Positions 9,908 through 19,724 of a DNA stretch of 64,000 bases are shown here, in pieces. Made by a program: the position numbers and the translations under genes. The stretch is from Candidatus Obscuribacteraceae bacterium (lineage in GTDB: Bacteria; Cyanobacteriota; Vampirovibrionia; Obscuribacterales; Obscuribacteraceae). Each line of letters opens with the position of its first letter. Positions within the stretch are counted from its first letter, which is position 1. The notes beneath the pieces are model-generated. The model searched no databases. It worked only from the letters and a program-made list of their open reading frames with translations, and was not told the DNA's origin. The stretch spans positions 32,001 through 96,000 of the forward strand of contig JBGASG010000010.1 in NCBI GenBank assembly GCA_044229845.1, read 5' to 3'.

Positions 9908-12361
9908 ATGATCAACAGCGCGTACCCGGCAGACACAGCCCGCTCCGAATCGATCGTCTTGATCGCGGCGCTCGTCCTTTTGTCGGGATTGATCACCAGC
10001 GTCTATATCCTTGGCGTTCATCAAGGAGCGATTCAGGGCCGCCGGCAAAACGCCGTCGAACACGCGGCCCGGATGGCAGCAGAGGAGCTGTCTACCGTCA
10101 CCGTCTCCGACTCCCGTTTTGGCGAAGTCGGTCTTACGGACCGTTTGATCTCTTTGCCCGGGCAGCCGGCTTCTAAAGCGCGCCGCGTCACCGGCATCAA
10201 CACGATGTTTGCCACTTTGCGCATCGACCTTTTGATCGCAGAAAAACTCGGTTTGCGCAGCATCGCCTCGATGGTCTCGGCCGATCTGGAAAAGGCCGAC
10301 GAAGTACGCGAGTCACTGCGCTCCAAGCTGCTGGCAGCCTCCTTCGTCGAAACCAATCCCAACAGCAAAGAAGGTCATGCAATCTGGTCGCGTGTCGGGC
10401 AGATTCTTGAGAAATCCACGTCCAACACAGGCGAAAAACTCACCACTTATAGTGTCAGCCTCGGACATCTCACCAAGCCGATGGTCACCACCACCGTCTC
10501 GCCGTCCTTTGAACCGACATCCAGCAAAGACGGGTTTTATCTGAGCGGCGTGGATATAACGATGCCGCACGGCAAGCCGCTGCGCTTCACGGAAATTCGC
10601 CCGAAAACTACTTTCGTCGACGCCAATCTGTTCACACCAGAACCTCAATACCTGCCACCGACAGTGGTGCGAGTCACGGCCAATTTCGACGTTCCCGCTC
10701 AAGGCAAAACCCCTTCCCGCAAGCTGGTGCGCACCGCCTGCGCAGTGATCGGCGGTGCATCCGAGCCACCGGCTCCGGCCACGTTGCTGGTATCTTTCCC
10801 ATTCGGCGCACCACCGCAATTTACAACCGTGCGCTCGCTGCTGGGCTTCTCCAACTGGACCGGCGACGGCACCTGGTTGCGGGCAGTGGGCGGTCCGGTA
10901 CCGGGCACGGGGCACCTGGTCGCCGACCCTCATGCGACCCAGGAAAATCTTTTACCGCAGCAAGCCATTCAGGTTGCTTTTTACGACTGGCTCAGACAAT
11001 CAGGTCCTACGATCAAGCTGGAACGTGTTCGCGAACTACTGGATGCGCCATGGCCGGTCGCGACCGTCGAGGGCGAAGCGTCGACCCGACAAAATAGCGC
11101 CGTCACCTACGAGACGGGCGCCCGCAGCTATGCCGTAATCAACCAGTCGGAGCCCGGCGGCAGCGGTCAACAGTTGCTCTCCGAAGTCTTCAAGGCCAAG
11201 ATTTCGCAGAAATCCTTTCCGGCTTCGGCGCTGCCCCTCTTTATCGATCAGCAAGGGAACTGCAATTTGCCTGGTCGTCACGGCATGGACAAGAGCTTCG
11301 TGCTCAGCTTCATTCAAGATCTATACGAAACAAACCTGGCCAGCATCGAAACCCACAACATTGCCCGCACCATATTGGACCGCATGAATACTGCCATCGA
11401 GCAGCAACTTCAGAATCTTTCCATCGAACGAGAAGAACTGCACTCCATCGAGCTGCGCCTGGCGCGCCTGAAGAAAGTCAAAGAACATGATGCCGACCCG
11501 CAGCATGCTCTCGAGTTGGAGAAACAGGAGAACTTGCACAAGGCAAAACTGGAGAAAGTAGGGGCGATCGCCGGACTTCTCAACGAACACGAAGCGGTGC
11601 GCGAGCGAGCCCGCCTGGCGCTGCGCAACGCCGATGCCGCGTGGCTATCCACCTGGGATATCGGTAGCAAGTTAAGCCTCTACACACGCGGCGGACTGCA
11701 CCGAGTTGGTTCGCCCTGTTCGGGCTATTTGCTCGGACTGAAGCAGGTATTCACTCCGCAGCCGGTGCCGATTGCGGAAGAAGACATCTACGAAAAGTCC
11801 CCCGATCAACACCAGCCCCCGCAGCAAAGCGCGGCTTTCTGGCTGACCCCCAGTCTGCAGGTGTTGCTGCCGGCCGACGACGGTTTTATCGTCGAGGGTT
11901 TGCCGCTCTCGGAAGTACGCCAGCGGTTTCGCGCTCCGGACACAGCGCCGCCGGCTTTCTATGCCTGGACTTCATCGCAATTGACCAGCGACCAAAAACT
12001 CGAATCGCGCTCGCTGCGGCAATCACCCTTCGAGAATACCGGCATCGAGAAGACACAGTTGCTCTACCTGGCTGCTGATGCCATTCGCACCGGACAAAAT
12101 CCCGAGGTGACGTGGACGCTTTTAATCAGAGACGAAGTAGCATCAAAAGGAGCCGCCGCCGGTGAACCGGTCCGTGGCCACCAGGGGTGGTGCGCGGAGA
12201 ACTCACTCAGTTTCGAGGAATGCCCGGGATTGGCCTGTGAAATTCAGATGCGAGCGCCGCTGCCGCTGCTCCCCGATCTGCCGGCCGGACCAAGCGTGAT
12301 CAGCCCGCGCGGCGCCGAGCGCACAGCTTTGATACCACCGACACCGCTCAGCATGCTCTGA
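9908..12361 (+). CDS. Large protein with TadG-like N-terminus and internal coiled coil
   Basis: N-terminal hydrophobic helix followed by RQNAVEHAARMAAEEL (resembles the Tad LQxAADAAALAAA motif). Coiled coil around 11390-11640. Start uncertain. Confidence 0.6.
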   Translation: MINSAYPADTARSESIVLIAALVLLSGLITSVYILGVHQGAIQGRRQNAVEHAARMAAEELSTVTVSDSRFGEVGLTDRLISLPGQPASKARRVTGINTMFATLRIDLLIAEKLGLRSIASMVSADLEKADEVRESLRSKLLAASFVETNPNSKEGHAIWSRVGQILEKSTSNTGEKLTTYSVSLGHLTKPMVTTTVSPSFEPTSSKDGFYLSGVDITMPHGKPLRFTEIRPKTTFVDANLFTPEPQYLPPTVVRVTANFDVPAQGKTPSRKLVRTACAVIGGASEPPAPATLLVSFPFGAPPQFTTVRSLLGFSNWTGDGTWLRAVGGPVPGTGHLVADPHATQENLLPQQAIQVAFYDWLRQSGPTIKLERVRELLDAPWPVATVEGEASTRQNSAVTYETGARSYAVINQSEPGGSGQQLLSEVFKAKISQKSFPASALPLFIDQQGNCNLPGRHGMDKSFVLSFIQDLYETNLASIETHNIARTILDRMNTAIEQQLQNLSIEREELHSIELRLARLKKVKEHDADPQHALELEKQENLHKAKLEKVGAIAGLLNEHEAVRERARLALRNADAAWLSTWDIGSKLSLYTRGGLHRVGSPCSGYLLGLKQVFTPQPVPIAEEDIYEKSPDQHQPPQQSAAFWLTPSLQVLLPADDGFIVEGLPLSEVRQRFRAPDTAPPAFYAWTSSQLTSDQKLESRSLRQSPFENTGIEKTQLLYLAADAIRTGQNPEVTWTLLIRDEVASKGAAAGEPVRGHQGWCAENSLSFEECPGLACEIQMRAPLPLLPDLPAGPSVISPRGAERTALIPPTPLSML

Positions 12362-12373
12362 CGGCCAGCTAAG

Positions 12374-12859
12374 CTATTTCACCAGTTCCACAGAAGTGAC
12401 CTTCAACACCCGCACCCCGCCTTTAGTAGCCAAATGACCTTTCACTTTCACACGCTTTGCCACAAAAGGCGCCAGCAAATCTTTGCAGCCGGTGTAGGCT
12501 TTGTGCTTGACGCACAAGTAGAGCAGTCCTTTGTCGTCGACGATACCGGGCGTCACACCACCCATTACGCAAGCAAGCGCGCACGATTGATGGTGAGCCC
12601 CGCGTCCATCACCCATCACTTGCGAGGCATAGCACCATGAGTCTACGACTTCGCCGACCAGTTCAACCGGCACCGCCACCGGTGCCAGATGTCCGGAGGC
12701 ACCGCCTGCGGCTTGCTGCCCACCCGGCTGTGCGGCGGGTTTCCCGGTGGTCGGCACCGCCGGTTTCTTCACTGGATCTGCAGCCAACCCTGGTGTGATA
12801 GGCAGGCAGAGGATGACGAGACAGAAGAGCGAAATACACAACTTTGATCGTTGCGGCAT
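12374..12859 (-). CDS. Secreted hypothetical protein with Cys/His cluster
   Basis: Signal peptide, GEVVDSWCY...HHQSCALACVMGG, beta-rich C-terminus. Confidence 0.75.
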   Translation of the reverse strand: MPQRSKLCISLFCLVILCLPITPGLAADPVKKPAVPTTGKPAAQPGGQQAAGGASGHLAPVAVPVELVGEVVDSWCYASQVMGDGRGAHHQSCALACVMGGVTPGIVDDKGLLYLCVKHKAYTGCKDLLAPFVAKRVKVKGHLATKGGVRVLKVTSVELVK

Positions 12860-12871
12860 ACAAACTTCCTG

Positions 12872-13396
12872 TTAACGGCGGCGCCCGCAGGCAGTCGGCG
12901 TCACGGTCACGGTCTCGAACTGGCTGGCATCAAGCACTTGAGCCTTCTTATCCAGCGTGGCCGCCGAACCCCAGTTGGAGGTAGAGTCTTTCTTGGCGGT
13001 TGCTCCAGCGCCACTGGCTTGAGCGACTGTCGAGCCGGAGCTCAAGCCCGGCTTTGCCTTCTCCAGCGCAGTATAAGCCGCCCAAGAGCGATAACGCACT
13101 TCGGCATCTTTGGAATTATCGTAGTTCCATTTGAATTCCTGCTTGGCACCGGCCCAGTTGCCGATGGCTTGGTAAGCCAGTCCAAGGTAATAGTGAGTGT
13201 AAGGATGATTGCGGTTGGCAGCCGAAACTTTCTTCAGTTTGGCAATCGCCTCCGGATATTTCTTAGCGTTGTAATCGGCGACGGCGCCGTTGAGTTCAGC
13301 AGGACATCCCGCCAGACAGGGGGCGCAGATCAAAACCAGATTGGTCACGCTCAGACAGACAGCCAGTGCCCCACGCAGGGCCGCAGATTTTTTCAT
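12872..13396 (-). CDS. Short TPR protein, possible lipoprotein
   Basis: Signal ending LAGC (lipobox-like), TPR motif HYYLGLAYQAIGNWAGAKQEF. Confidence 0.75.
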   Translation of the reverse strand: MKKSAALRGALAVCLSVTNLVLICAPCLAGCPAELNGAVADYNAKKYPEAIAKLKKVSAANRNHPYTHYYLGLAYQAIGNWAGAKQEFKWNYDNSKDAEVRYRSWAAYTALEKAKPGLSSGSTVAQASGAGATAKKDSTSNWGSAATLDKKAQVLDASQFETVTVTPTACGRRR

Positions 13397-13419
13397 TAGT
13401 GCAATCCTTTCCTATGGAC

Positions 13420-13887
13420 TTAGATGCCCGGGTCGCGACCCAGTTCTTCCTGAGGTCTCGTAGTCGAGAAGGTAAACGGCATATCAGCGCTGAGCCCTGG
13501 AATAGCAACGAAAAAGGGGATGCGCAAGAACGGTTCACAAACCACACGCGTCTGCAGCTGAACAGTCATCGAGTTGTCCGCATGAGTCACCCAGGTCGGG
13601 CCGACATGCGTGACGTCGCTGGAGGCCAGTTTCAAGAAATTGGCAAATGCTGTGCTGGTGAATTCATTGTCCACACGCTGTATCCCCTGACTGGCTTCAG
13701 CAGCGATCGGACGACGCAGGGCTATTTCGCGCAGTTCCGCGTTGTGCAGCAAAAAGCAGAAGCAATAGTTGGCGGCAATGCCGAGCAAGTCGATCAAGGG
13801 AAAGAAGATCAGGAGCAACAGCACAAACAGTGCCGGACCTGTCTCAGTAATGGCGCTGCCCCGACGAGAGCGCAGTCTCAACTTCAT
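13420..13887 (-). CDS. TadE-like pseudopilin
   Basis: RSRRG|SAITETGPALFVLLLLIFFPLIDL (class III-like signal, Glu+5). Confidence 0.8.
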   Translation of the reverse strand: MKLRLRSRRGSAITETGPALFVLLLLIFFPLIDLLGIAANYCFCFLLHNAELREIALRRPIAAEASQGIQRVDNEFTSTAFANFLKLASSDVTHVGPTWVTHADNSMTVQLQTRVVCEPFLRIPFFVAIPGLSADMPFTFSTTRPQEELGRDPGI

Positions 13888-13896
13888 ATTCTCTCC

Positions 13897-15231
13897 TCAG
13901 GCACTGCTGACGGTGCCCTGTTTGCGGCGGCGTAACAGTTGCTTGATTTGCCAGGCTACGTCACGCTTGCTGTTCTCTAGTCTATTGCTAAATCTGAGTG
14001 CCGACAAGACGATTTGGGTGTCCTGGGGCGCCAGATCGAGCGCTTTGCGATAGCACATTGCAGCCGATCCCATGTCGCCGGCCCCCTCAAAGTCACGAGC
14101 CAACCGATACCAGCCTCTGGCCAGTCGCGGATCTTCAAGCAACCCCTTCTCGTAAGTGGCAATTGCTTCCCGCCGCCGCCCCAAACGGTCGAGGACATCG
14201 GCAAGTCCGAAAAAAAGACGAGGTCCCTCAGCCCGCCCGCCCAGGCGACGTCTGGCCATGGCGGCCACATTGGCCGTCTGGGAGGCGTTCAAAAACCGCT
14301 CCAGATAAGCCACACGTTTTTTGACGCGCTCCATGTCTTCTTGCTTGGTGGTCAATGCCATCTGGTAGAGAGCCGGCTCCAGGGCGTCTGCGTAGAAGCC
14401 CTGCGCTTGATAGCTGCGGGACAGCAATTCAGCGATGCCCGGATGGGTGGAGCGCTCTTCATAGGCCTTCTTCAGATAGGGCACCGCCTGACTGGGGTGC
14501 CCCGACAGGAAAAGGGCTTGCCCCTTCATCAAGTTGGCGTAGAAGTGGTCAGGTTTTACTTTCAGGTCATCATCAGCCAGCTTGATAGCGTCCGCATAAC
14601 GGCCTTGATTAATGCGCAACGCGGCGATCATCGACTTGACGCCGGTGACGGCTCGCGGCGAATGCAAAGCCTGATTGAGTTTGTCTTCTGCTTTCTGATT
14701 GCGTCCCTGCGAAAATTCGTAGAGCCCCTGCATATACAGGACTGCCGGATCTTCGGGAAAACGATAAGCCATATAGCCGAGAAGTTTGTATGCGCCGACG
14801 CGATCCTCGGCATCCAATTTGGACTGGAATAGCTCAAGCAAAGCGCCCGGTCTGGTCGGGTCCAGCTCGTCGGCTTTGCGGAACTCGAGTTCAGCCAGAC
14901 TGGCATACCCGGCCATATCGAGGGCTCGCCCGAGGATGAAATGCGCCCGAGCGTTTTTCGGGTCGCGCTCGACCACGTGTCCCAGTTTCTCGATCACTGC
15001 GGTGGTGGCGTTGCCATCCTCGACCTGTTTTTCCAGGGCTGCCAGCTCAGATCCCGGCGCGGCGGCTTCTGTAGCCGCCACCGCATGCGGTGCCAGGGCT
15101 GGTGCAGACCAGGCGCTGGCGGTTTGAAGCGTCACGGATGAGCAGAGGATGAAACCAACTGCCAGAGACAATTTCAAGGTCAGGAGACGATTATTCAGAT
15201 GGAACCGACTTCGGCATGTTGAAGACGACAT
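13897..15231 (-). CDS. Secreted TPR protein with C-terminal DVAWQ motif
   Basis: Signal-like LSLAVGFILCSSVTLQTASA, many TPRs, ends RLENSKRDVAWQIKQLL. Start uncertain. Confidence 0.85.
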   Translation of the reverse strand: MSSSTCRSRFHLNNRLLTLKLSLAVGFILCSSVTLQTASAWSAPALAPHAVAATEAAAPGSELAALEKQVEDGNATTAVIEKLGHVVERDPKNARAHFILGRALDMAGYASLAELEFRKADELDPTRPGALLELFQSKLDAEDRVGAYKLLGYMAYRFPEDPAVLYMQGLYEFSQGRNQKAEDKLNQALHSPRAVTGVKSMIAALRINQGRYADAIKLADDDLKVKPDHFYANLMKGQALFLSGHPSQAVPYLKKAYEERSTHPGIAELLSRSYQAQGFYADALEPALYQMALTTKQEDMERVKKRVAYLERFLNASQTANVAAMARRRLGGRAEGPRLFFGLADVLDRLGRRREAIATYEKGLLEDPRLARGWYRLARDFEGAGDMGSAAMCYRKALDLAPQDTQIVLSALRFSNRLENSKRDVAWQIKQLLRRRKQGTVSSA

Positions 15232-15685
15232 TTAACTGGCAAGCGTACTGAGCGTTGTTGGAGGGGAAGGTGATGATCGTGGTGTTCATGTTTTTGTAGC
15301 GGGCGGTCACCATTCTTTCGGTCGTTTGCCCGACGGTCCAGTGAAAGTTGATCAGCGCTTGCTTGTACCAGCCCAGCACCGCAGCAGCCGCATCGGTGCA
15401 GGCATAGCGCATGGTTATTTCAGCACCGCCATCCTTGCGATAACGCACGTTGCCCCAGAGAAACTGTCCGCCACCAGCCCAGGCCGGGAAGTTGGGCAGA
15501 TCAATGGCTTTTGTCAGTACTTTAAACTCACCGCTGGCCTGCAGCTGATCGATCTGGGTTTTGCCTGCAGTCCGCGGCGCCGGTTGCGTCTGGGTCGGAT
15601 GTTGCTGCTGCGCAGACCCCGGCATTGCCGGCGTCAGCAGCAACACGGTCGCAGTCGCAGTCAGCGTCTGGCGTCTGCTCAACAT
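15191..15685 (-). CDS. Small secreted hypothetical protein (paralog of 30286..30837)
   Basis: ATG 15685 overlaps the end of the upstream gene. Signal peptide, DLPNFP...GQFLWG...YA...VLGWYKQAL...W. Confidence 0.75.
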   Translation of the reverse strand: MLSRRQTLTATATVLLLTPAMPGSAQQQHPTQTQPAPRTAGKTQIDQLQASGEFKVLTKAIDLPNFPAWAGGGQFLWGNVRYRKDGGAEITMRYACTDAAAAVLGWYKQALINFHWTVGQTTERMVTARYKNMNTTIITFPSNNAQYACQLNVVFNMPKSVPSE

Positions 15686-17736
15686 GGGCAGCACCATTGT
15701 CCGCCGCCGCTGGAGCAGTTGCGGAAGCGCAGGACGCCGAGCAGGTTGTTGCTGCCCGAGTGCGGACGCCACTGCGTTCTGTCGAGAGTGGTGGCACCAG
15801 GACCGGCGGGGCAATCCCACGGGTTCGGATAGCCGCCCTCGTTGGGCAGGTTGATCAATCCGCCACCATGGGTGAAGCCTTCCACGTTGGCTTGTCTGGT
15901 TGCATAACCAGGCGTGCCTGGATTCGGGAACGGACCATCGGGAATGACGGAGTTGGGATTGTCGAAGTCGATGTTTTGCGGAACCTGCCAGCCTTGCGGA
16001 TACTGGCTTACCGGTCCCATGGTCAACTGGTGCGTGTTGGGGTTGACGAAGATGATGCGCACTTCGCCGAAAGGCACGCGGCCGTTGGCCAGCAAGGCGT
16101 CGATATCCTGGTCGCGCACCAGCGGATCCATCTGGTGCATGCGCGTGCGCATGTCGGATTGGATGAAGGTGGTGCTGGTGGTCATCTGGTTGAGCAAACC
16201 GCCGAGGGTCGGGTTGGCGTCACCAAACGGAATCTGCGACGGGTTGCTGCGAATGTCGAGCGGGTAGGTCTTCAGTCCCGTGCAGGGATAGTTGCCGAAT
16301 GCCGTGCGGCAGGCAGATCCGCCGAAGTCTACGCCGGCTCTGACTTCCAGAACGAGCGCCTTGAAGCGTTCGATGGCCATCAGGTTGTCCGTCTGTTGCG
16401 GTGGTCCGAAGCGCGACGGCGAGTAGGTGTTGTTGAAGGCCGTCTGCAAGCCGTTGCACGGAGGAGAACCGACGCTCGCCGGCGTGTTGTCGCAGTTGAA
16501 TACCGTGGGGTTGGAGCCGGGTCCGAAGTCATTGACCAGTTGCGTAGCCGAGAAGCTCGATGGTGAGTCAATGAAGTTGCCCTGGCTGAGCCAGTTGGTG
16601 GCTGCCGCTTCGCGACCCGATTGAGTCTGCGGCTGAGCATTGGCGATGTCTTGACGAAGCGCGTTGTAATCGGCGTTTTCCGAAATATATGTGTGTCCGT
16701 TCGACTGAGCGACGTTGACTATGTTCATCAGGGCGACGAACATGTCGGGAGCGCGTCCGGGCGGGCTGGGCAGAGTTTGCACCGGTCCGGAAAGTGACGC
16801 GCCGGCATTGTCTACCAGGATGAAACCGCGAGGGATGGCAGTGCCGTAGTCGAGGTTGAGCGAGCCGACGACGGCGCACGCTCTGGTCAAGATCGAATTG
16901 TTCGTTTGCAGCGTCTCGTTAGCGCGACCGCCTGAACGGAAGGCATTGGGCGGCAGAAGCGGATTGGCGCGAGTGCCGAGTATCGGTGTTTGCGAGACGG
17001 TGGCATGGAAATCATCCAGTGAGACGCCGTGCGGTTGTTCGCCGGGGCGCAGAGGCACTGCGACTGGACGCACCGTGCCGGTGCCGAGGCTGGTGTAGCC
17101 GCGCAGGAAGAGTTTGCCACTCTGGTTGAAAACACTGGAATTGTCGTTGGCGAAATTGAGCCCGTTGGGAATCTGGTTGTTTCTGATGTAGACGTTACTG
17201 GCGGCGTTGCGCTTCATAAACGCATTCTGAGTTTCTCCCTGAACGTCTTGCGTATTGCTATTGCCCAGCATGCGCAGAGCATTCTGCGTCGACACATTCT
17301 GGAAGAAGCCTTTGACGTTGTTGTGTTGCGAGAGGTTCGTAGCGAGCCGGTTGCCGATGCCCGTGTCGCCTTCCAGCATATTGAAAATCGCCTGGGCATT
17401 GGTGCGCGCCTGCGGAGTGCCCTCGGCTTGCGCATTCAGTGCCACCAAGGTCGCTTTGCCGACCAGGCGGTTGAAGGTGAGCAAATTGACTTCGCCGTTG
17501 ACGTCGGTCAGATCACCGAACTCATTCAGTTCGTTGCCGGAAAGCGTAAATCCCGGCGAACGCAAGGCTTGCTTGGCTACGTTGAGGTTGCCGGCATCGG
17601 TGGCTCGTTGCAATTCGGTGCCACCACCGGTAATCATTTGATAGAAGAAGAAAGCGATTCCAAGGAGTACCAGCAGCAATCCGAGCGATGCCACGAAAGC
17701 CAGGGTGCCTCCGATACTTCGACGTCGCGTAGCCAT
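15679..17736 (-). CDS. Large TadG-like pseudopilin / putative pilus-tip adhesin
   Basis: RRRSIG|GTLAFVASLGLLLVLLG, ELQRATDAGNLNVAKQAL. Asn/Gly/Pro/Thr-rich body with several Cys, ends WCCPC. Confidence 0.75.
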   Translation of the reverse strand: MATRRRSIGGTLAFVASLGLLLVLLGIAFFFYQMITGGGTELQRATDAGNLNVAKQALRSPGFTLSGNELNEFGDLTDVNGEVNLLTFNRLVGKATLVALNAQAEGTPQARTNAQAIFNMLEGDTGIGNRLATNLSQHNNVKGFFQNVSTQNALRMLGNSNTQDVQGETQNAFMKRNAASNVYIRNNQIPNGLNFANDNSSVFNQSGKLFLRGYTSLGTGTVRPVAVPLRPGEQPHGVSLDDFHATVSQTPILGTRANPLLPPNAFRSGGRANETLQTNNSILTRACAVVGSLNLDYGTAIPRGFILVDNAGASLSGPVQTLPSPPGRAPDMFVALMNIVNVAQSNGHTYISENADYNALRQDIANAQPQTQSGREAAATNWLSQGNFIDSPSSFSATQLVNDFGPGSNPTVFNCDNTPASVGSPPCNGLQTAFNNTYSPSRFGPPQQTDNLMAIERFKALVLEVRAGVDFGGSACRTAFGNYPCTGLKTYPLDIRSNPSQIPFGDANPTLGGLLNQMTTSTTFIQSDMRTRMHQMDPLVRDQDIDALLANGRVPFGEVRIIFVNPNTHQLTMGPVSQYPQGWQVPQNIDFDNPNSVIPDGPFPNPGTPGYATRQANVEGFTHGGGLINLPNEGGYPNPWDCPAGPGATTLDRTQWRPHSGSNNLLGVLRFRNCSSGGGQWCCPC

Positions 17737-17918
17737 GTAATCGAACCTCAACGAGTAAGAAGGAAAATGAATGAAAGGAAAAGGAAAAGGAGTGTACCGA
17801 ACGAATGAAAGAGCGGACGCGAATCAAGGAAACGCGACCCCAAAGCTGCACACAGTTACCGTTTCGGCTGAAGATTAGCGCGTGATAATCTTGTGTTCTG
17901 GAACATTATCTGCATTTA

Positions 17919-18953
17919 ATGGAGCAAAGTCAAGTGCGATTCAGCGTATTTTCCACCCTGCTCAAGAAGAACGCCGGAATGCGCTTGTTAGCGGCATCGC
18001 TGGCCCTGAGCACGTTGGCATCTTGTAGTATAAAACCGAGATCGCTGGCTCTCCAAGAGCAAGCTGCTCAGGCGCTTAAAGAAGGGAAACCGGTCGTCGC
18101 TAAAGCACTGCTTAATCAGGCGATTGAGACCGCCAATCAGACTGGACAGCCGGCAGATGCGCTGGAGAGTTATCGGCAGGCAGCGATCCTATCTATAGGA
18201 GCGGACCCGACCGGAAAGCGCCCGTCCGAACTGGCCAATCGAGCCGTCGAGCTGGCTGAGCAAAAGTATGGAATCGCCGATCCACGCATCATTCCTTATT
18301 TGAGTTGTGCCGGTCAGGTGGCATATCGGCACCACGACTTCGAAACGGCGGAAAAGTTTTACAGCCGAGCCCTGTCTTTGCATGATGCGGCCCGTCAACC
18401 CGACGACCTGGCGTTTAGCGAAATTCTCGGCGGACTGATTTCAGCCAGTTGCGCCGGAGGCAAGTGCATTGATGCAGAGCCGCTCTACAAAAGGCTGATC
18501 GCGGTGCGCACTCGTGAGCTCGGTGCCGATCACGAACACACTTTGAGCGCCAGTATGATGTACGCCGAAAATTGCGAGCGCCGCAAAAAGTATACGCAAG
18601 CTCGCGAGATTTATATGACCTGCGTGCGTTCGGCGCAAAGCAGAAATCCGCAGCTTTTGCCGGCACTACTGGCGGGCATCGGTCGGCTCTATAATTTGGA
18701 GGGCCGGTACGCAGAAGCGGAGCAAGCACTGACCAGCGCTGCACGCCTGATTGCCACCAACCCTCAGTCACCAGATCGCTATCGAATTTACGGCGAACTT
18801 GCCACCACCAACGCTCACCTCAATCGGCGACCGCAAGCCGAGATGTTCTACAAACTGGCTATCGAAGCGGCTACCCGCGCAACCGGCGGCGAGTCTCCCG
18901 AGACGACCTCTCTGCGCTCGGCCTACGATCGGTTCAAATCACCAGCGAACTGA
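17919..18953 (+). CDS. TPR protein, probable lipoprotein
   Basis: LALSTLASC lipobox-like signal, KLC-like TPRs (LGADHEHTL). Start uncertain. Confidence 0.8.
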   Translation: MEQSQVRFSVFSTLLKKNAGMRLLAASLALSTLASCSIKPRSLALQEQAAQALKEGKPVVAKALLNQAIETANQTGQPADALESYRQAAILSIGADPTGKRPSELANRAVELAEQKYGIADPRIIPYLSCAGQVAYRHHDFETAEKFYSRALSLHDAARQPDDLAFSEILGGLISASCAGGKCIDAEPLYKRLIAVRTRELGADHEHTLSASMMYAENCERRKKYTQAREIYMTCVRSAQSRNPQLLPALLAGIGRLYNLEGRYAEAEQALTSAARLIATNPQSPDRYRIYGELATTNAHLNRRPQAEMFYKLAIEAATRATGGESPETTSLRSAYDRFKSPAN

Positions 18954-18990
18954 TCTAGACTGGCAGCAGCACCGCCGAAGGACTGAGAAA

Positions 18991-19710
18991 ATGAAAACAG
19001 CCCGCCATCGTGTTTCGTTCTTGATTGCCACCACTTGCACTTTGCTGTCCTTTCCTTGTCTCAGCGACTATCTGATTGACGATTTTCTCGGCGGCTGCGC
19101 GCTGGCGGCGCCGGCAAAAGCAGCGGCGCGCGGCGAGTCTTTAGAAGCATGGACCGACAGAATTACGAAACAGGTCAAACAGAACTGGCATCCACCGCAA
19201 TGCAACGTCAGCGAGAACACGATTATGTACTGCGACATCGACGCCAGCGGCAAGATTGTCGGCACTAAGTTGCAAAAGTCTTCCGGAGTGAAGGCTCTGG
19301 ATGAATCAGTCGCCAAAGCGTTCGCCGACACCGGTCAGGTCGCGCCTCCGCCAGTGGCCTTCCCCAAGGGGGTACCGGCGATGACGGTGGAAATCACTTT
19401 CGACTACAAAGTCCAACAACAGCAGGCTCCGCGAGCCGCCACCAAAGCGCCCGCCGCCAAACCGGCAATCGCACCAGCGGCGGCGCAAACGCCCGCCCTG
19501 GATACCACGGTGCCGGCCGCTGATACCACCGCCGCACCGGCGCTAGACATACCGGCCGCATCACCGCCCATGGAGATGCCGCCGGCAGCCGTTCCTGAGA
19601 CTCCCGCCAGCGAGCCGCCTGCCACAACCGCGCCGTCGTCCGAAGAGTCCAGTACGGCTCCACCATCTTCAACACCGGCAGCCGGCGGCGATCCCTTCGA
19701 AGCTAAATGA
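18991..19710 (+). CDS. TonB/TolA C-terminal domain protein with Pro/Ala-rich tail
   Basis: VKQNWHPP...IDASGKI...KSSGVKALDESVAKA...PPPVAFP...VEITFDY. N-terminal signal. Confidence 0.8.
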   Translation: MKTARHRVSFLIATTCTLLSFPCLSDYLIDDFLGGCALAAPAKAAARGESLEAWTDRITKQVKQNWHPPQCNVSENTIMYCDIDASGKIVGTKLQKSSGVKALDESVAKAFADTGQVAPPPVAFPKGVPAMTVEITFDYKVQQQQAPRAATKAPAAKPAIAPAAAQTPALDTTVPAADTTAAPALDIPAASPPMEMPPAAVPETPASEPPATTAPSSEESSTAPPSSTPAAGGDPFEAK

Positions 19711-19724
19711 GTTGATACGGCGCG

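Noticed and set aside
17752..17810. Purine-rich GAAAAG-type run upstream of the TadG-like gene
   Set aside because: Short low-complexity tract with no structure and no second copy.
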